Shown: positions 1 to 12,109 of the stretch, piece by piece
How the letters are laid out: each line of letters begins with the position of its first letter
How positions within the stretch are numbered: position 1 is the first letter of the stretch
Source of the DNA: Octopus sinensis
Taxonomy: Eukaryota
NCBI RefSeq assembly: GCF_006345805.1
Contig: NC_043023.1
Span: 18,228,001-18,292,000, forward strand
Direction: 5' to 3'
Length of the DNA: 64,000 nucleotides
Translations under genes and position numbers: made by a program
The notes under the pieces: generated by a model
The model's input: the letters and a program-made list of their open reading frames with translations, nothing else
Database searches by the model: none
Told to the model about the DNA's origin: nothing

Positions 1-236
1 TCTTCTTCTTCTTCTTCTTCTTCTTCTTCTTCTTCTTCTTCTTCTTCCAATTCATCTTCTTCTCCTTCCAATTCTTTTTCTACTTGATCCGCTTATCTTA
101 TAACATTTTCGAATATATTTCCGTAAGGATTTGACACAGATATCTCTCTCTGACCTCTCATGTTAGGAAAGTCAAAGGGGGCCCGCCACGTCAAAACTGT
201 AGAGGAATAGGACCGAGACCAGATATGGTTCCTCCT

Positions 237-336
237 NNNNNNNNNNNNNNNNNNNNNNNNNNNNNNNNNNNNNNNNNNNNNNNNNNNNNNNNNNNNNNNN
301 NNNNNNNNNNNNNNNNNNNNNNNNNNNNNNNNNNNN
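237..336. other. Assembly gap (100 N)
   Basis: Run of 100 N characters; continuity across it cannot be assumed. Confidence 0.99.
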
Positions 337-358
337 AGGGCGCATTTATTATTTAAAA

Positions 359-495
359 AGGCAGCGAGCTGGCAAATCCGTTAGCACGCCGGGCGAAATG
401 CGTAGCCGTATTTCTTCTGCCGTTACGTTCTGAGTTCAAATTCCGGCGAGGTCGACTTTGCCTTTCATCCTTTCTGGGTCGATAAATTAAGCACC
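359..495 (+). mobile_element. tRNA-derived SINE fragment with Nin/Deu-like domain
   Basis: GGCAGCGAGCTGGCA...GAGTTCAAATTCC (pol III B-box-like), followed by GCCTTTCATCCTTTCTGGGTCGATAAATTAAG, which resembles the Nin domain. Confidence 0.6.
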
Positions 496-599
496 TACGT
501 CATAACCTTTGTCTGTTATAGTTTGTTTGTCCTCTCTGTGTTTAGCCCCTTGTGAGTAGGAAAGAAATAGGTATCAAAAGGCTTCAGGACTAGTTATAT

Positions 600-1460
600 T
601 TAATAGATAAAAAATTATGTATTTACAAAGGTTTTAACATCATCCCCTTCGAAATAGTTACCTTGCGCAGCAATACAAGTGCCGGGTCCCAGCGTTCCTG
701 CCACTCATGGAATCAGGCCTTCTGTTACTCGATCTGGATCTTGACAGCAGTGTTAAAACGGCGACCTTTCAGCTAAACTTTCATGTTGGGGAAGAGGTGA
801 CAGTCCGCAGGTGCTGAATCTAGCGAATAGGGCGCCTGTAGGAGCGATACCATGTTGGTTTTAGCAAGTAACTTAGAAGTGAGGTGATCTCGAGTGACAG
901 GGTGGATTGTCCACGTGAAGAACCAATTCTTCGTGATCCACAGAATTTCGATTTCACTGAAAGTCCTCTTTCAAACACTTCAAAACATCGAAGTAGAATT
1001 TTCGATTGACGGTCAAGCCCTGGGAGATGAATTTTCGATTCACAATAGCACGTTGTGATATATCGTGGAAGGTTTTTCAGATTTCTCATTGTCTTACAGG
1101 GAGGTTCTCCTGCTTTTGAAGCGCCCGTGACACTAGAAACATTGCATGTGACCCGTTGCCTCGTCCCCGTAAACTTGCCAAATTATGCTCAATGTCTCTG
1201 TAACAGACGTTGCAAGATTAATGCAAAAGTTCACGTTAGTTCATTGTTCCTGTCCATGACAAAATCTCAAGCTACAGAATATACGATATTATATGCTGTA
1301 GTTCGCCAGTTGTCACACAAATGTCACAACTAACGAAACACACACATCGATTTAACTCAGCATCCTACCTCATGAAGGTCGCACCTCGCTCTCACTGGGA
1401 ACGCAACCCTGTGCTGCCATCTGTTGGTGCACTACGGAACTAGTTCTAGAAAGTTTTTGA
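600..1460 (-). mobile_element. Decayed mariner transposon remnant
   Basis: Minus strand near 635-685 reads CIAAQGNYFEGDDV, a typical mariner transposase C-terminus; the rest is heavily disrupted. Confidence 0.6.
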
Positions 1461-1465
1461 TTCTG

Positions 1466-1788
1466 AGACCCCCTTCGGCCACGACACAGACCATGGGATT
1501 ACACCTAGAAAGTTACCCTCCCAGGCACAAGTCCGGGCAAGGTTGTTTATGGAAGACCAACAGTCGCCCATGCATAACAACCTCCCCTCTCCACGCCACC
1601 AGTTTTATCCAAGAAAAGGGCAAAGGGGCCGATGCAGCTTGGCATCTGTGACGTCGCAACTCATTTCTACAGCTGAGTGAACTGGAGCAACGTGAAATAA
1701 AGTGTCTTGCTCAAGAACACAACACGCAGCCCGGTCAGGGATTCGAGCTCACAACCTCACGCTCTAACCACTGATCCATGCGCCTTCA
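1466..1788 (-). mobile_element. tRNA-derived SINE (head related to family B)
   Basis: Reverse complement has a tRNA-like head, then TCTTGAGCAAGACACTTTATTTCACGTTGCTCCAG..CACTCAGCTG as in the copy at 34314; the 3' half differs. Confidence 0.7.
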
Positions 1789-1864
1789 GATAACTTTTTG
1801 ATAACATTACATATTAGACTCTTCTCTTGAAGGAATTTGTTTATTTAATGACTTCTATTTTCAG

Positions 1865-1993
1865 GTAAAACAAAATTCCAGCGCCAAAGCAAATACTACA
1901 ATTATCAGCAATATTATTGCCGCAAATGTTCCCAACGTTCAAATAATGGACCTTGACCAACCAGTAACCATATCGGTCGGCTTAACAGAAAAG
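1865..1993 (+). CDS. Adhesion GPCR exon (GAIN domain; first exon visible, gene is 5'-incomplete)
   Basis: ttttcAG acceptor and AAG|GT donor; 43 codons VKQNSSAKANTTIISNIIAANVPNVQIMDLDQPVTISVGLTEK, GAIN subdomain B-like; phase 0/0. Confidence 0.85.
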
Positions 1994-2159
1994 GTAACAG
2001 TTATGTGTTTATTATGACCTTTGTTGTTGATATTTCATTTCAAAGTCATATCTAATTCCTCTCGAAAGAAACAAGGTACTAATAGCAGCGGTAGCAGTAG
2101 AAGCAACAGTTGCAGCAGTAACAGTAGTAATAGTAGTAGTGACTGTTGTGTTTGTTGTT

Positions 2160-2298
2160 CCTTTTTCTCTTCTTCTTCTTTTCTTCTTCTTTGTCTTTTT
2201 CTTCTTTTTCTTCTTCTTCTTCTTCTTGGTCTTCTTCTTCTTCTCCTTCTTCTTTTCTTCTTCTTCTTCTTCTTCTTTTCTTCTTCTTCTTCTTCTTC
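2160..2298. repeat. (TTC)n microsatellite
   Basis: Imperfect TTC repeat; source of the spurious poly-K/F/L ORFs. Confidence 0.95.
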
Positions 2299-2827
2299 TA
2301 GCTGTTTCTCTGTTGAGAGTTATAACTTGTATGATTATAATGTAAACGTCGTGTAGCGATCGAAGTATTTTTTTAAATTCCAAGATATGCTTCAAGTTTC
2401 TTGTGTTGTATTTTCTGATCACCAACATAACGTTTTTATATATCTCCGTATTAACGCCATTGTTTGTGTCTATATTTTAAGTGTGAATTATTTTGAAGTT
2501 TCATATACTGACATTTGTTGCTGTTTATTTCCATGCCCCCCTTGACCCAGTAAATCTATCATGAAACACATCCCAACCATGAATATCTCATCAACTTATA
2601 TATCATTAAATATTTCTACAACTAAACCGTCCGATGTATTCTTCCATTTCTATGGCGATGGTGGTAAATTATGAGAATATACATACATTTATAAAAGAGA
2701 CGAAATGGTCAATTAAGTTATGCCACAACCAGTAATGTTGGATTCAAAATGCCTATACCAGTCAAATTATGTTGGCCATTATCTGTTTTGATGTTTTGTC
2801 AATGAAATTAGCACATATTCATTATAT

Positions 2828-3186
2828 ATGGTTCCAGGTTCAGTCCCACTGCGTGGCACCTTGGGCAAGTGTCTTTTACTATAGCCTCGGGTCGACCAAA
2901 GCCTTGTGAGTGGATTTGATAGACGGAAACTGAAAGAATCCCGTAGTATATATGTATGTGTGTGTGTGTGTGTATGTGTTTGTGTGTCTGTGTTTGTCCC
3001 CCCAACATCACTTGACAACTGACGCTGGTGTGTTTACGTCCCAGTAACTTAGCGGTTCGGCAAAAGTGACCGATAGAATAAGTACTAGGCTTACAAAGAA
3101 TAAGTCCTGGGGTCGATTTGCTCGACTAAAGGTGGTGCTCCAGCATGGCCACTGTCAAATGACTGAAACAAGTAAAAAGATAAAAA
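2828..3186 (+). mobile_element. SINE family A (5'-truncated)
   Basis: GGTTCAGTCCCACTGCGTGGCACCTTGGGCAAGTG..., internal TA/TG tract, ...CAAATGACTGAAACAAGTAAAA; more than 10 copies in the window. Confidence 0.85.
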
Positions 3187-3243
3187 AAATATATTTTAAT
3201 TACAAAGTAATTCGTATAAATTACCAAAATCTAATCTTTTCAG

Positions 3244-3393
3244 AATCCTGGCAACTTACGGTGTGTTTATTGGGATGAAACTCTTGGACAGGAACCCCAT
3301 TGGTCAACAAAAGGCTGTAATACATCCACATATGTACCTGCAGAGAAAATGATTTGCTCCTGTGACCATCTGACAAGTTTTGCCGTTTTAATG
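3244..3393 (+). CDS. Adhesion GPCR exon encoding the GPS autoproteolysis motif and tethered agonist
   Basis: NPGNLRCVYWDETLGQEPHWSTKGCNTSTYVPAEKMICSCDHL|TSFAVLM matches the canonical GPS C-x2-W...W-x3-GC...CxC-x-HL|T; AG/GT boundaries; 150 bp. Confidence 0.97.
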
Positions 3394-3645
3394 GTTGGTG
3401 AGATTAGGACAACTTGTTAATTGCCGGTAATTCGGCTGCTTACATCTATGCATTAATAATTTCAACACCCACTCATCTAACATGCAATGTAAGATGGTCC
3501 ACTGACATATTGTCTCGAATGCACTTTACTATAGTCCTCAACTTCTATATCAACATTTTAAACACTCATAATTTTTATAATTATTGACCGACATAAAAAG
3601 GAATGGGAGGTGGAGTTAATACGTTGTTGTTTGTTTCTGTTACAG

Positions 3646-3767
3646 GAAATCTACGCGATTCCGGCACATGGAAACATTAGCCACCTCTTATATAAAACAT
3701 CTTACATTGGCTGCGGAATATCATTAGCCTGTCTATTACTCACAGTAATATTTTATGTTTGTTCCAA
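3646..3767 (+). CDS. Adhesion GPCR exon (TM1)
   Basis: EIYAIPAHGNISHLLYKTSYIGCGISLACLLLTVIFYVCS; SYIGCGIS is typical of family-B2 TM1; donor GTAAG; phase 2. Confidence 0.95.
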
Positions 3768-4083
3768 GTAAGAATTTCAATTTCTATTTTCTTTCATAAA
3801 CTCTTTAAATACAGAAAAGCAACATCTATCAGTTTATAGAATTCTTGCAGATTAGTGAGATCGATATGGTTGATGTCTGTGGGTAACGCCATCGATGAGG
3901 AGAAAATTCCAGAATGTTGTCACATTTATGAGTGATTGAAGAAATATTTTAGGACATATTTTCTCCCACATTAAGGATGATAAAAGATAAAGAGAGAAGG
4001 GACAGGAAGCGCTATCCCGTGTTTGAGTAGAGTCAGTTTATAGCTTGTTTATTCAGAAACGTAATAACTAATATAGTAGTTAT

Positions 4084-4540
4084 TAGGCTGTCAAATATGA
4101 AATTTGTAGTAAGCTGTATGGTAAATTTTGACAGCTACTCATTTTGCGCCATTATTATATTCTGACAATCTTTATGTTTTGTTAGTAAGCTGACACATCT
4201 ATTTCTTTGTTCTAACTCATTTTGCGCTTTATAAACTATTTATAAATAGTCTTTTGCTATGTTTGTTTAGAGGTGGATAAGTCAGAAATTTGTACAGTTT
4301 TAAAATATGAGTTCTTTCTTGGAAATACAGCTCGGAATATTAATGGAATATTTCATTCTAATGTTATTACACAGTATCAAATTGGTTTGCAAAATCTCGT
4401 TCTGGTAACTTTGACCTCACAAATGAGCAACACGGTCGACCAGAAACAAAGGTAGATAATGACGAACTGAAAGCCACCGTCGAGTCAGATCCATCTCAAA
4501 TTGCCCGTGAATTATCATTGTTGTTTGGTGTTAGCAAATT
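4084..4540 (+). mobile_element. Mariner 5' fragment (TIR plus N-terminal HTH)
   Basis: TA|TTAGGCTGTCAAATATGAAAT end; translated pieces DKSEICTVLKYEF and WFAKSRSGNFDLTNEQHGRPETKVDNDELKATVESDP. Confidence 0.75.
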
Positions 4541-5369
4541 TTACAAACCATCTTATGAAAGTTTCTTCATTCAGACACGCTTCTCCATAAGATGAGTGAA
4601 CATTTCCAGTCACCTCAGCTGCAGAGTTCCCTTTTTTAAGCTCATGCTCCTTAGATAATTCCATGTTTGAAGAGCTGTAATTAGTGAGGCATTAATTAGA
4701 TTATCATGCAACATATAATGTATATGTGAATTAGCTTCCGAGAAGACACTCTATATGCAAATCCGTCAGGCATATATTCTCGAAGATGGTTTATAAGCTG
4801 CATCTCGGTTCAGAGTTATTGAGAGTACACAGCCGCAGATGGAACTCCAACAAGGAATTGTAATTAATCCAGCTGGTCTTTTCTTTTTTGTCAAAGAAAG
4901 CGGTGTACATAACGACTAGCCTATTACACTTGACTATTCAGTACAGTTGATTGAAAAACAGATATTGTACATAGCGTTGGTGTTAATGCAGCGACAACGA
5001 ATATATTGCGAGCGTCCTACCATTCTACGTTTAACATTTCATCACATGTTCCTAAACTACATGGAATTACTGTCATAACCAATGAAACTTACCCTATGAA
5101 TGCAGGAGGTAATAAATAATGCTTTATATCTCATTCAGGTCATTATACACATATTTTGCACTACATCCATACACAAATTATACTTATATAAAAAAATATA
5201 TATAATTTGTTTTCGTAATGATATTAAAAAAAACAAGGCTGAGTAGATTTTAAAACATTTATAGATAGGTCTTACAGCTGTTTCCATGATAATTATTATA
5301 CCCCTTCATCGGAGATAGCGTGAGAGGATAGTTAAGATATATACATACATATATATATATATATATTAT

Positions 5370-5414
<45 letters not shown>

Positions 5415-5469
5415 ATATATATATATATATTATATATATATATATATGTATATATGTATATGTATATGT

Positions 5470-5505
<36 letters not shown>

Positions 5506-5539
5506 GTATGTATATATGTATATATGTATATGTATATGT

Positions 5540-5597
<58 letters not shown>

Positions 5598-5727
5598 GTA
5601 TAACATCATTTCTATTCAAATAATCATCACCTATTCACATAGTTGTTATCATTTATCTACTGAAATTATTTTTTCAGTTATACTTCATTGAATGCATTAC
5701 TTTTTATTCCGTTTCCCATTATTTCAG

Positions 5728-5848
5728 ATGTCTTAGGAAATTAATGCCTTCAAAGATTTTAATAAACATGTGTATTTCTTTGGCTATCACTAACGTTATC
5801 TTTCTTGCTGGGATGCGGCCATATGACTCAGAAAAAGCTGCTTGTAAG
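5728..5848 (+). CDS. Adhesion GPCR exon (ICL1-TM2-ECL1)
   Basis: (K)CLRKLMPSKILINMCISLAITNVIFLAGMRPYDSEKAACK; phase 2 in and phase 0 out, matching its neighbours. Confidence 0.95.
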
Positions 5849-6145
5849 GTAGGTGAAAACATGTTTTAGCCAGTGAAAATTTTTTTTTATATGGAACATT
5901 ACGGACGTATTTGAGGGAATATTATTCCTAACTTACAGGGAATAATTAAATTAAGAAATACTAAATAAAATTTCACAACATAAAATATTATATATAAAAA
6001 TTAGAAAAAAAAACACCTTTTTTCAATTCAAAATGAACAATTAAATTACACTTACCAAATATATACGTTTTTATTATTATTTTGTAATTTACTTAATCGT
6101 CGGTATATTATTGTTATTTTATTTTTAATATTTCTATTATATGTA

Positions 6146-6233
<88 letters not shown>

Positions 6234-6300
6234 GTACATATATATATATCTGAGACTATATCAAAACTCATTATTGTTATTGTTACTGTTATCATTGTAG

Positions 6301-6421
6301 GCAGTGGCTGCTCTGTTACACTTCTTCATTTTGACATCTCTTATGTGGACGGCTGTTGAAGCCCTTCATATCTTCTTGCGTATGCCATCTTTTATGATAA
6401 AGAGTTCAATCGCGGCGTGGG
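6301..6421 (+). CDS. Adhesion GPCR exon (TM3-ICL2-start of TM4)
   Basis: AVAALLHFFILTSLMWTAVEALHIFLRMPSFMIKSSIAAW(G); LHFF..S..W...EA is the aGPCR TM3 signature; donor GTAAGT. Confidence 0.95.
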
Positions 6422-6507
6422 GTAAGTAGCTGAAATGAGTTGGATATATGTTGATGCAAAAGGTGTGACAAATCTAATAGTTTTATATAGGAAATTTGAT
6501 AGTTATT

Positions 6508-6575
<68 letters not shown>

Positions 6576-6819
6576 AATTTAACAGTTATATATAGACGAT
6601 AAACGTAGATTATAAAGAAATTGATTCTCAGGGTTAGCCATTAGGGGGCACATAAATTTACTTTCAGTTTCATGCAAATATTTCCAGTCTGATCTCATCT
6701 CTAGACAAAACATATGAGTTAATCATTTTGCCCTTTTCCCTGACGCAGTAATTTCTGGAGAGGTTAACGATAGCGAACTTTTGAGGTTTTTCTCATCTAA
6801 TTAGTAATTTAATATTCGT

Positions 6820-7130
6820 GAAGGCGTTTCGTGAAGTGATTAAAGTATTCGAATCGCGATCGTGCGGTTGTGAGTTCGCATCCCGCTGATGCATTGTATC
6901 CTCGAGTAGAACACTTTATTTCACCGCTCCAGTCTACTCAGCTGAAAGAAATGAGTAGTATCTGTAGTTGAAAGGACCAACCTTCTTTGTATGTCACTCT
7001 GACTATCCCTGTGAACTACATTAAAAGTACGTGTCTGCGGAGTGCTCAGCCACTTGCACATTGATTTCATAGACAGTCTGTTCCTTTGATCGTATCTACT
7101 GGAACATTTGTCGCCGTAACCGACGAACTG
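6820..7130 (+). mobile_element. SINE family B, diverged copy
   Basis: Collinear with the copies at 11326 and 34314. Confidence 0.75.
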
Positions 7131-7414
7131 CCATTTAATTTTAGCCTTCATATCGTTGTCCAAGACTTCCGGTAATTTTTAATTTTTGTTGCCTTCTGAA
7201 ACATATAGTTGATAGAATCGAAGATATATACAAGTCGTACCTATTTCTAGAATAAGTTAGTATGTCAAAATAAATATTGATTTCTTTTGAACTAAACACA
7301 TTTTCTTGTAAACCGATTCAAAAGTAAACCGATTCAAAATGTCACATATTTCTGTTTTTAGATAATAATTATTGTCTATATATATTTATTCGTCTTTGTA
7401 AATGTCGTCGTCAG

Positions 7415-7487
7415 GTCTTCCAGCTGTCATTGTCGCAATTACTCTGGCAATTAACCACACAAACAATTACATCAGAATTGCGGACGT
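7415..7487 (+). CDS. Adhesion GPCR exon (TM4-ECL2)
   Basis: (G)LPAVIVAITLAINHTNNYIRIAD(V); completes the WG-LP motif; donor GTAAGT; phases 1/2 consistent. Confidence 0.93.
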
Positions 7488-7734
7488 GTAAGTATTTCTG
7501 AGTTTTACCCACTTAATTTCCTCTGCTCTTCACCATTTCTATTTTGCTAGGCTTATCAATAGTTTCAATGTTGCCATCAAGCTTTCATTCATGCTGAGCA
7601 TAATATACACTAAAATAACACTCCACCGTGATGTATGAATTTGATAATATAAATTCAATCTACCCACCTGAAAGCAATGGAACTTTTAATTCCTTTTTAT
7701 TATATATATATATGTGTGTGTGTATGTGTGTGTG

Positions 7735-7766
<32 letters not shown>

Positions 7767-7799
7767 GTGTGTGTGTGTGTGGTGTGTGTGTGTGTGCGT

Positions 7800-8097
7800 G
7801 GAGGCGCAATGGCCCAGTGGTTAGGGCAGTGGGCTCACGGTTGTAGGAACGCGGTTTCGATTCCCAGACCGGGCGTTGTGAGTGTTTATTGAGTGAAAAC
7901 ACCTAAAGCTCCACGAGGCTCCGGCAGGGGGTGGCGACCCCTGATCTACTCTTTCGCCACAACTTTCTCTCACTCTTTCTTCTGTTGGCCTGCTCGCTTA
8001 GCCAGCGGTGTGGCATCATTTGGAGGCTAAAACAATGCGAAGCGCATTGTGACCAGTGATGTGTAGCAACATCTGATAGCCTGGTCGGTCATGGTGA
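7800..8097 (+). mobile_element. tRNA-derived SINE family C
   Basis: A-box TGGCCCAGTGG and B-box GTTTCGATTCC; first ~180 bp shared with the SINE at 39521. Confidence 0.8.
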
Positions 8098-8636
8098 TAT
8101 ATATAGTATTGTTGTTATACATACATACATACAAGCATATGTAACGATAATAATAAGTGGATGTAAACACATGAACAAAATAAGAATAAACAAAAACAAC
8201 AACAAAAACAAATTACATGCACGTATATAAACAGAAGATACAAATATTACAGGCATCCCCCCCACACACTAAATAAACATAGACGCACATAGAGATATAA
8301 GCATGCGCAAATGAAGACATACAATAAAAATACAAAATGGCTGACGGTTAGTAAGGAGAGACACAAATAAGAAAGAAGAAAACAAAGGACCACTGATGCG
8401 GTCACAGGAGTGTGACGAAAGAACTCTGGCAGAAATAAGATTAAGATTAATGTAAAAAATAAATAACACTGAAGCGAAATAACACCGAATATATAGTGCG
8501 TGTGTTTCTATTGGCTAAACTGGCAAAATGACCATTCCGAAATATAACAATATCTGTTTCAACAGACGACCTCACATAAAAAAATCTTGCACAACAAATA
8601 TACAAACGTATATATATATCTATATATATATATATA

Positions 8637-8684
<48 letters not shown>

Positions 8685-8914
8685 CATACATTTATATAAA
8701 GTGGTTTCTGTAGGCACTATGTGACAATATGTGTTTGTGTGCGTTTTAAATTGTCTTGATACTGAAGTTTTTTTTTTATGAATACCTTAGTTAATGTGAA
8801 ATACGGCAAGATTGCGCATGATATTTCGTTTTGTTTCAGATCAAAATCATCTCATTTTATTAACTGGACATTTGTTAAATTTCCGTTGTTAATTAATTCC
8901 CTATCTCTTTTTAG

Positions 8915-9273
8915 CTGCTGGCTATCCAAGGTGTCTTTCTACGTCGCTTTCCTGGCTCCTGTGGTGGCCATTCTCCTCTTCAACTTTATCGTGATTTTTC
9001 TCGCTATCTGTCGACGTAGCTCAAAGAAAAGTGACGAGCAGTCTGAACACGAAATAAAGAAAATGCGTGTTTTTGGCATCTTTAGTGTGACCATCTTGTT
9101 CGTGTTATCTTGGGTCATAGCATTCATCGCTGAGGAAGAAGGAGTTGGAGTGTTTCACATACTCTTCATTATCTTCAATATCCTTCTCGGAATGTTTATC
9201 TTCATATTCTACTGTATATACAAGAAAGATGCCAGAGATGCCATTTCCTCATATGCAATGAGAGCCAATAAAA
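8915..9273 (+). CDS. Adhesion GPCR exon (ECL2 CWL, TM5-TM7, helix 8)
   Basis: CWLSKVSFYVAFLAPVVAILLFNFIVIFLAI...FSVTILFVLSWVIAF...FIIFNILLGMFIFIFYCIYKKDARDAI; lies within ORF 8778-9344; donor GTGAGT at 9274. Confidence 0.96.
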
Positions 9274-9388
9274 GTGAGTGCAATTTTATATTTCTTATTT
9301 CTACCACTACCATAACCAAAACCGATATGTCACATTGGGGCTAATCACAAACACCAACATAAACCATTGTCAACATCGTAATCATCTG

Positions 9389-9457
<69 letters not shown>

Positions 9458-9494
9458 TAGAAGTATTTGGGGTGATGTACAGATTTAGTACATT

Positions 9495-9694
9495 TGAAAG
9501 AAAAAAGGTGTTCAGAATGCTGGATGGTTAGAAAAATATATATTTATTTACATATCACATATTATTTCTTCATATTAGCGCTTCCAACTACTCCTGTAGT
9601 TTCACCAGCGCTAATATGAAGAAATAATATATGATATGTAAATAAATATATATTTTTTACAAACATCAAGCATTCTGAACACCTTTTTCTTTCA
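9495..9694. repeat. Inverted repeat (arms ~9495-9582 and 9607-9694)
   Basis: TGAAAGAAAAAAGGTGTTCAGAATGC...ATTAGCGCT is mirrored by AGCGCTAAT...GCATTCTGAACACCTTTTTCTTTCA. Confidence 0.9.
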
Positions 9695-9730
9695 TATACA
9701 CACACACACATATATACATACATATATATA

Positions 9731-9810
<80 letters not shown>

Positions 9811-10033
9811 GTGTGTGTATGTATATATGTAAATTATAAATTAGGGTATCTACGAGATACCAGCATGCTGAAAGTAGCAGCTATGATCTGACTCTAAAAC
9901 CACCTTAACTGTCCATATAATTATCACCTTTGAAGGTTATTTTTTCCAAGCTGGCTACTTGATAAAATCGTTATTTTATTATGTATATATATGTATGTTT
10001 ATATGTATGTGTGAGTGTGTATGTATGTGCATA

Positions 10034-10804
10034 CAGGTTGAGATGTTTAAGCTATCTTCTAAATTAGGCAAAAATGAAAATAATACGGACACATCATTTT
10101 AACTGATAATCACCAGAATTACATACAAATATTTTGAAAGACCCAATCTATTCAACAAATTCGCCATTGGCTTCAACGACGGTCTCCAGATGACTTCAAA
10201 ATCGCCTGCAACTCTTCTGGACGGTCGCCTTGTTAAGTTGGTGAATGCTGCCATAATCCTTGCCTTCAGTTCATCTTTGGTGTGACAGGGAGTTTTGTTG
10301 ATCCGTCACTCAACTGCGCCCCACACATAATAATCAAGTGGGCTGCAATCTGGGACGTTAGACGGCCAGATGGTAGGGGTGATGTGGTCGCATAAATTTC
10401 CTGACATCCATTACTGGGTTCTGTTTGTGCGACAAGATGCAGAGTCCTGTTGCCAGACATGGAGAGTCTTCCAGCAACTGCGCTTTTTACACAAGGTATC
10501 ACTAACTTCTACAGATACTTGAGGCCGTGCCAGAAGACAAATGGAGGCATAACTTCGCCATCACTAGTGATCACTCCAAACACCATGATGTTGACTGAAT
10601 GACAACTCTGGGTAAATGTTACTACTGGAACTTCCGGGGCGAATGCCAGGCAGAACAGCATGTCGTTTCCAAAGTTCCCGGGTGCGTGAATTGTGTTGTA
10701 ATCACTAACTGAACCTACTTTAATGCTCAGTCGACAAAATCTAGGACAAAAATGCGCTAAATTAGAAAAATATAAAACGCCGAGAATTCAACCCTTGCAC
10801 CCTG
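10034..10804 (-). mobile_element. Internally deleted Tc1/mariner element, maT/DD37D-like
   Basis: TA|CAGG...CCTG|TA ends; minus strand gives IMVFGVITSDGEVMPP and WQQDSASCRTNRTQ*WMSGNLCDHITPTIWPSNVPDCSPLDYYVWG (36 residues between the last two Asp). Confidence 0.8.
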
Positions 10805-10806
10805 TA

Positions 10807-10843
<37 letters not shown>

Positions 10844-10847
10844 TTTT

Positions 10848-11250
10848 TTTTACTTCTTTCAGTCATTTGACTACGGCCATGTTAGAGCACCGCCTTTAGT
10901 CGTGCAAATCGACCCCGGGACTTACTCTTTGTAAGCCCAGTACTTATTCTATCGGTCTCTTTTGCCGAACCGCTAAGTGACGGGGACGTAAACACACCAG
11001 CATCGGTTGTCAAGCAATGCTAGGGGGACAAACACAGACACACAAACGCACACACACACACACATATATATATATATACATATATACGACAGGCTTCTTT
11101 CAGTTTCCGTCTACCAAATCCACTCACAAAGCATTGGTCGGCCCGGGGCTATAGCAGAAGACACTTGCCCTTAGATGCCATGCAGTGGGACAGAACCCGG
11201 AACCATGTGGTTGGTTAGCAAGCTACATACCACACAGCCACTCCTGCACC
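10848..11250 (-). mobile_element. SINE family A, full length
   Basis: Reverse complement of the family A consensus from GCAGGAGTGGCTGTGTGG to the tail. Confidence 0.9.
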
Positions 11251-11325
11251 TGTATACATATATATATATAGATAGAGAGAGAGAGAGAGAGGGAAAGAGA
11301 GAGAGATAGAGTGGGGGAGATAGAA

Positions 11326-11640
11326 GACGCGTGGCTTAGTGGTTTGGGTACTTTGCTCACGATCGTAAGGACATGAGTTCAATCCCTGGCGAGGCGTTGC
11401 GACCTTGAGCAAGATTTTATTCCATGTTGCCCCAGTCCAATCAGCTGACAAAAATCAGTTGTACCTGTATTTCAAAGGGGCCGGATTTGTCACATTCTGT
11501 GTAAGGCTGAATCTCCCTAAGAACTGCGTTAATGTTTACAAGTGTCTGTGTAGTCCTCAGCCACTTGCACATTAATTTCACGAGCAAGCTGTTCCGTTGA
11601 TCGTATCAGCTGGGACCCTCGTCGTCGTAACCGACGGAGT
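11326..11640 (+). mobile_element. SINE family B
   Basis: GCGTGGCTTAGTGG A-box and GAGTTCAATCCC B-box; ends GTCGTCGTAACCGACGGAG like the 34314 copy. Confidence 0.85.
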
Positions 11641-12056
11641 GCTCCCCCGTTATATTTCTATAGATAATTGTGCATGAAATTTAAACACAGCCATAAACAG
11701 AACAATGTAAAGTCTTCACTGTGCCATAGATAGATATATGTAAAACATACATCCACAGAATAGAACTAAGAAGTTTCTCATATTTTCCCTCTCAACTTGC
11801 CCAGTTTTTCTGGAAGATATTCCTGAACCAATATTGTCAGGATTGTACATCATATTCCTCATAATTAAATTCTCAATACTAGTTTCTGTAATTAATGTAA
11901 ATTATGTCTTTGAATATAAATTGTGTATGATTCTTCTATAATTCATATGTTTAACGTATGGGGAAATAGCAGATGACAATTGGGGTTATATATAAAACAT
12001 AAGGGCTTGGGTTATTTTACTTTATTTTATACAAGTTTTTCTCATTGTGTTTCCAG

Positions 12057-12109
12057 GTTCAAATTCTGGTAATAAAACAGATGTTGGAACAGCAGAGAAG
12101 AGAACATAA
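12057..12109 (+). CDS. Adhesion GPCR probable terminal exon
   Basis: Pyrimidine-rich ttccAG acceptor; phase 1 matches the previous exon; (S)SNSGNKTDVGTAEKRT-stop. Support is splice signal and phase only. Confidence 0.65.

Noticed and set aside
5340-5691. [12 protein letters not shown]-type ORFs here and throughout the window
   Set aside because: Translations of (TA)n, (TG)n, (TATG)n and (TATC)n microsatellites.
8387-8432. Hammerhead-like CTGATGCG-GTCAC..GTGAC-GAAAG
   Set aside because: Core A9 is altered, stem I is only 3 bp and helix III is not palindromic; could be chance.
8778-8914. N-terminal part of the 188 aa ORF as coding sequence
   Set aside because: Intronic read-through; homology and exon phase begin at the AG acceptor at 8913-8914.
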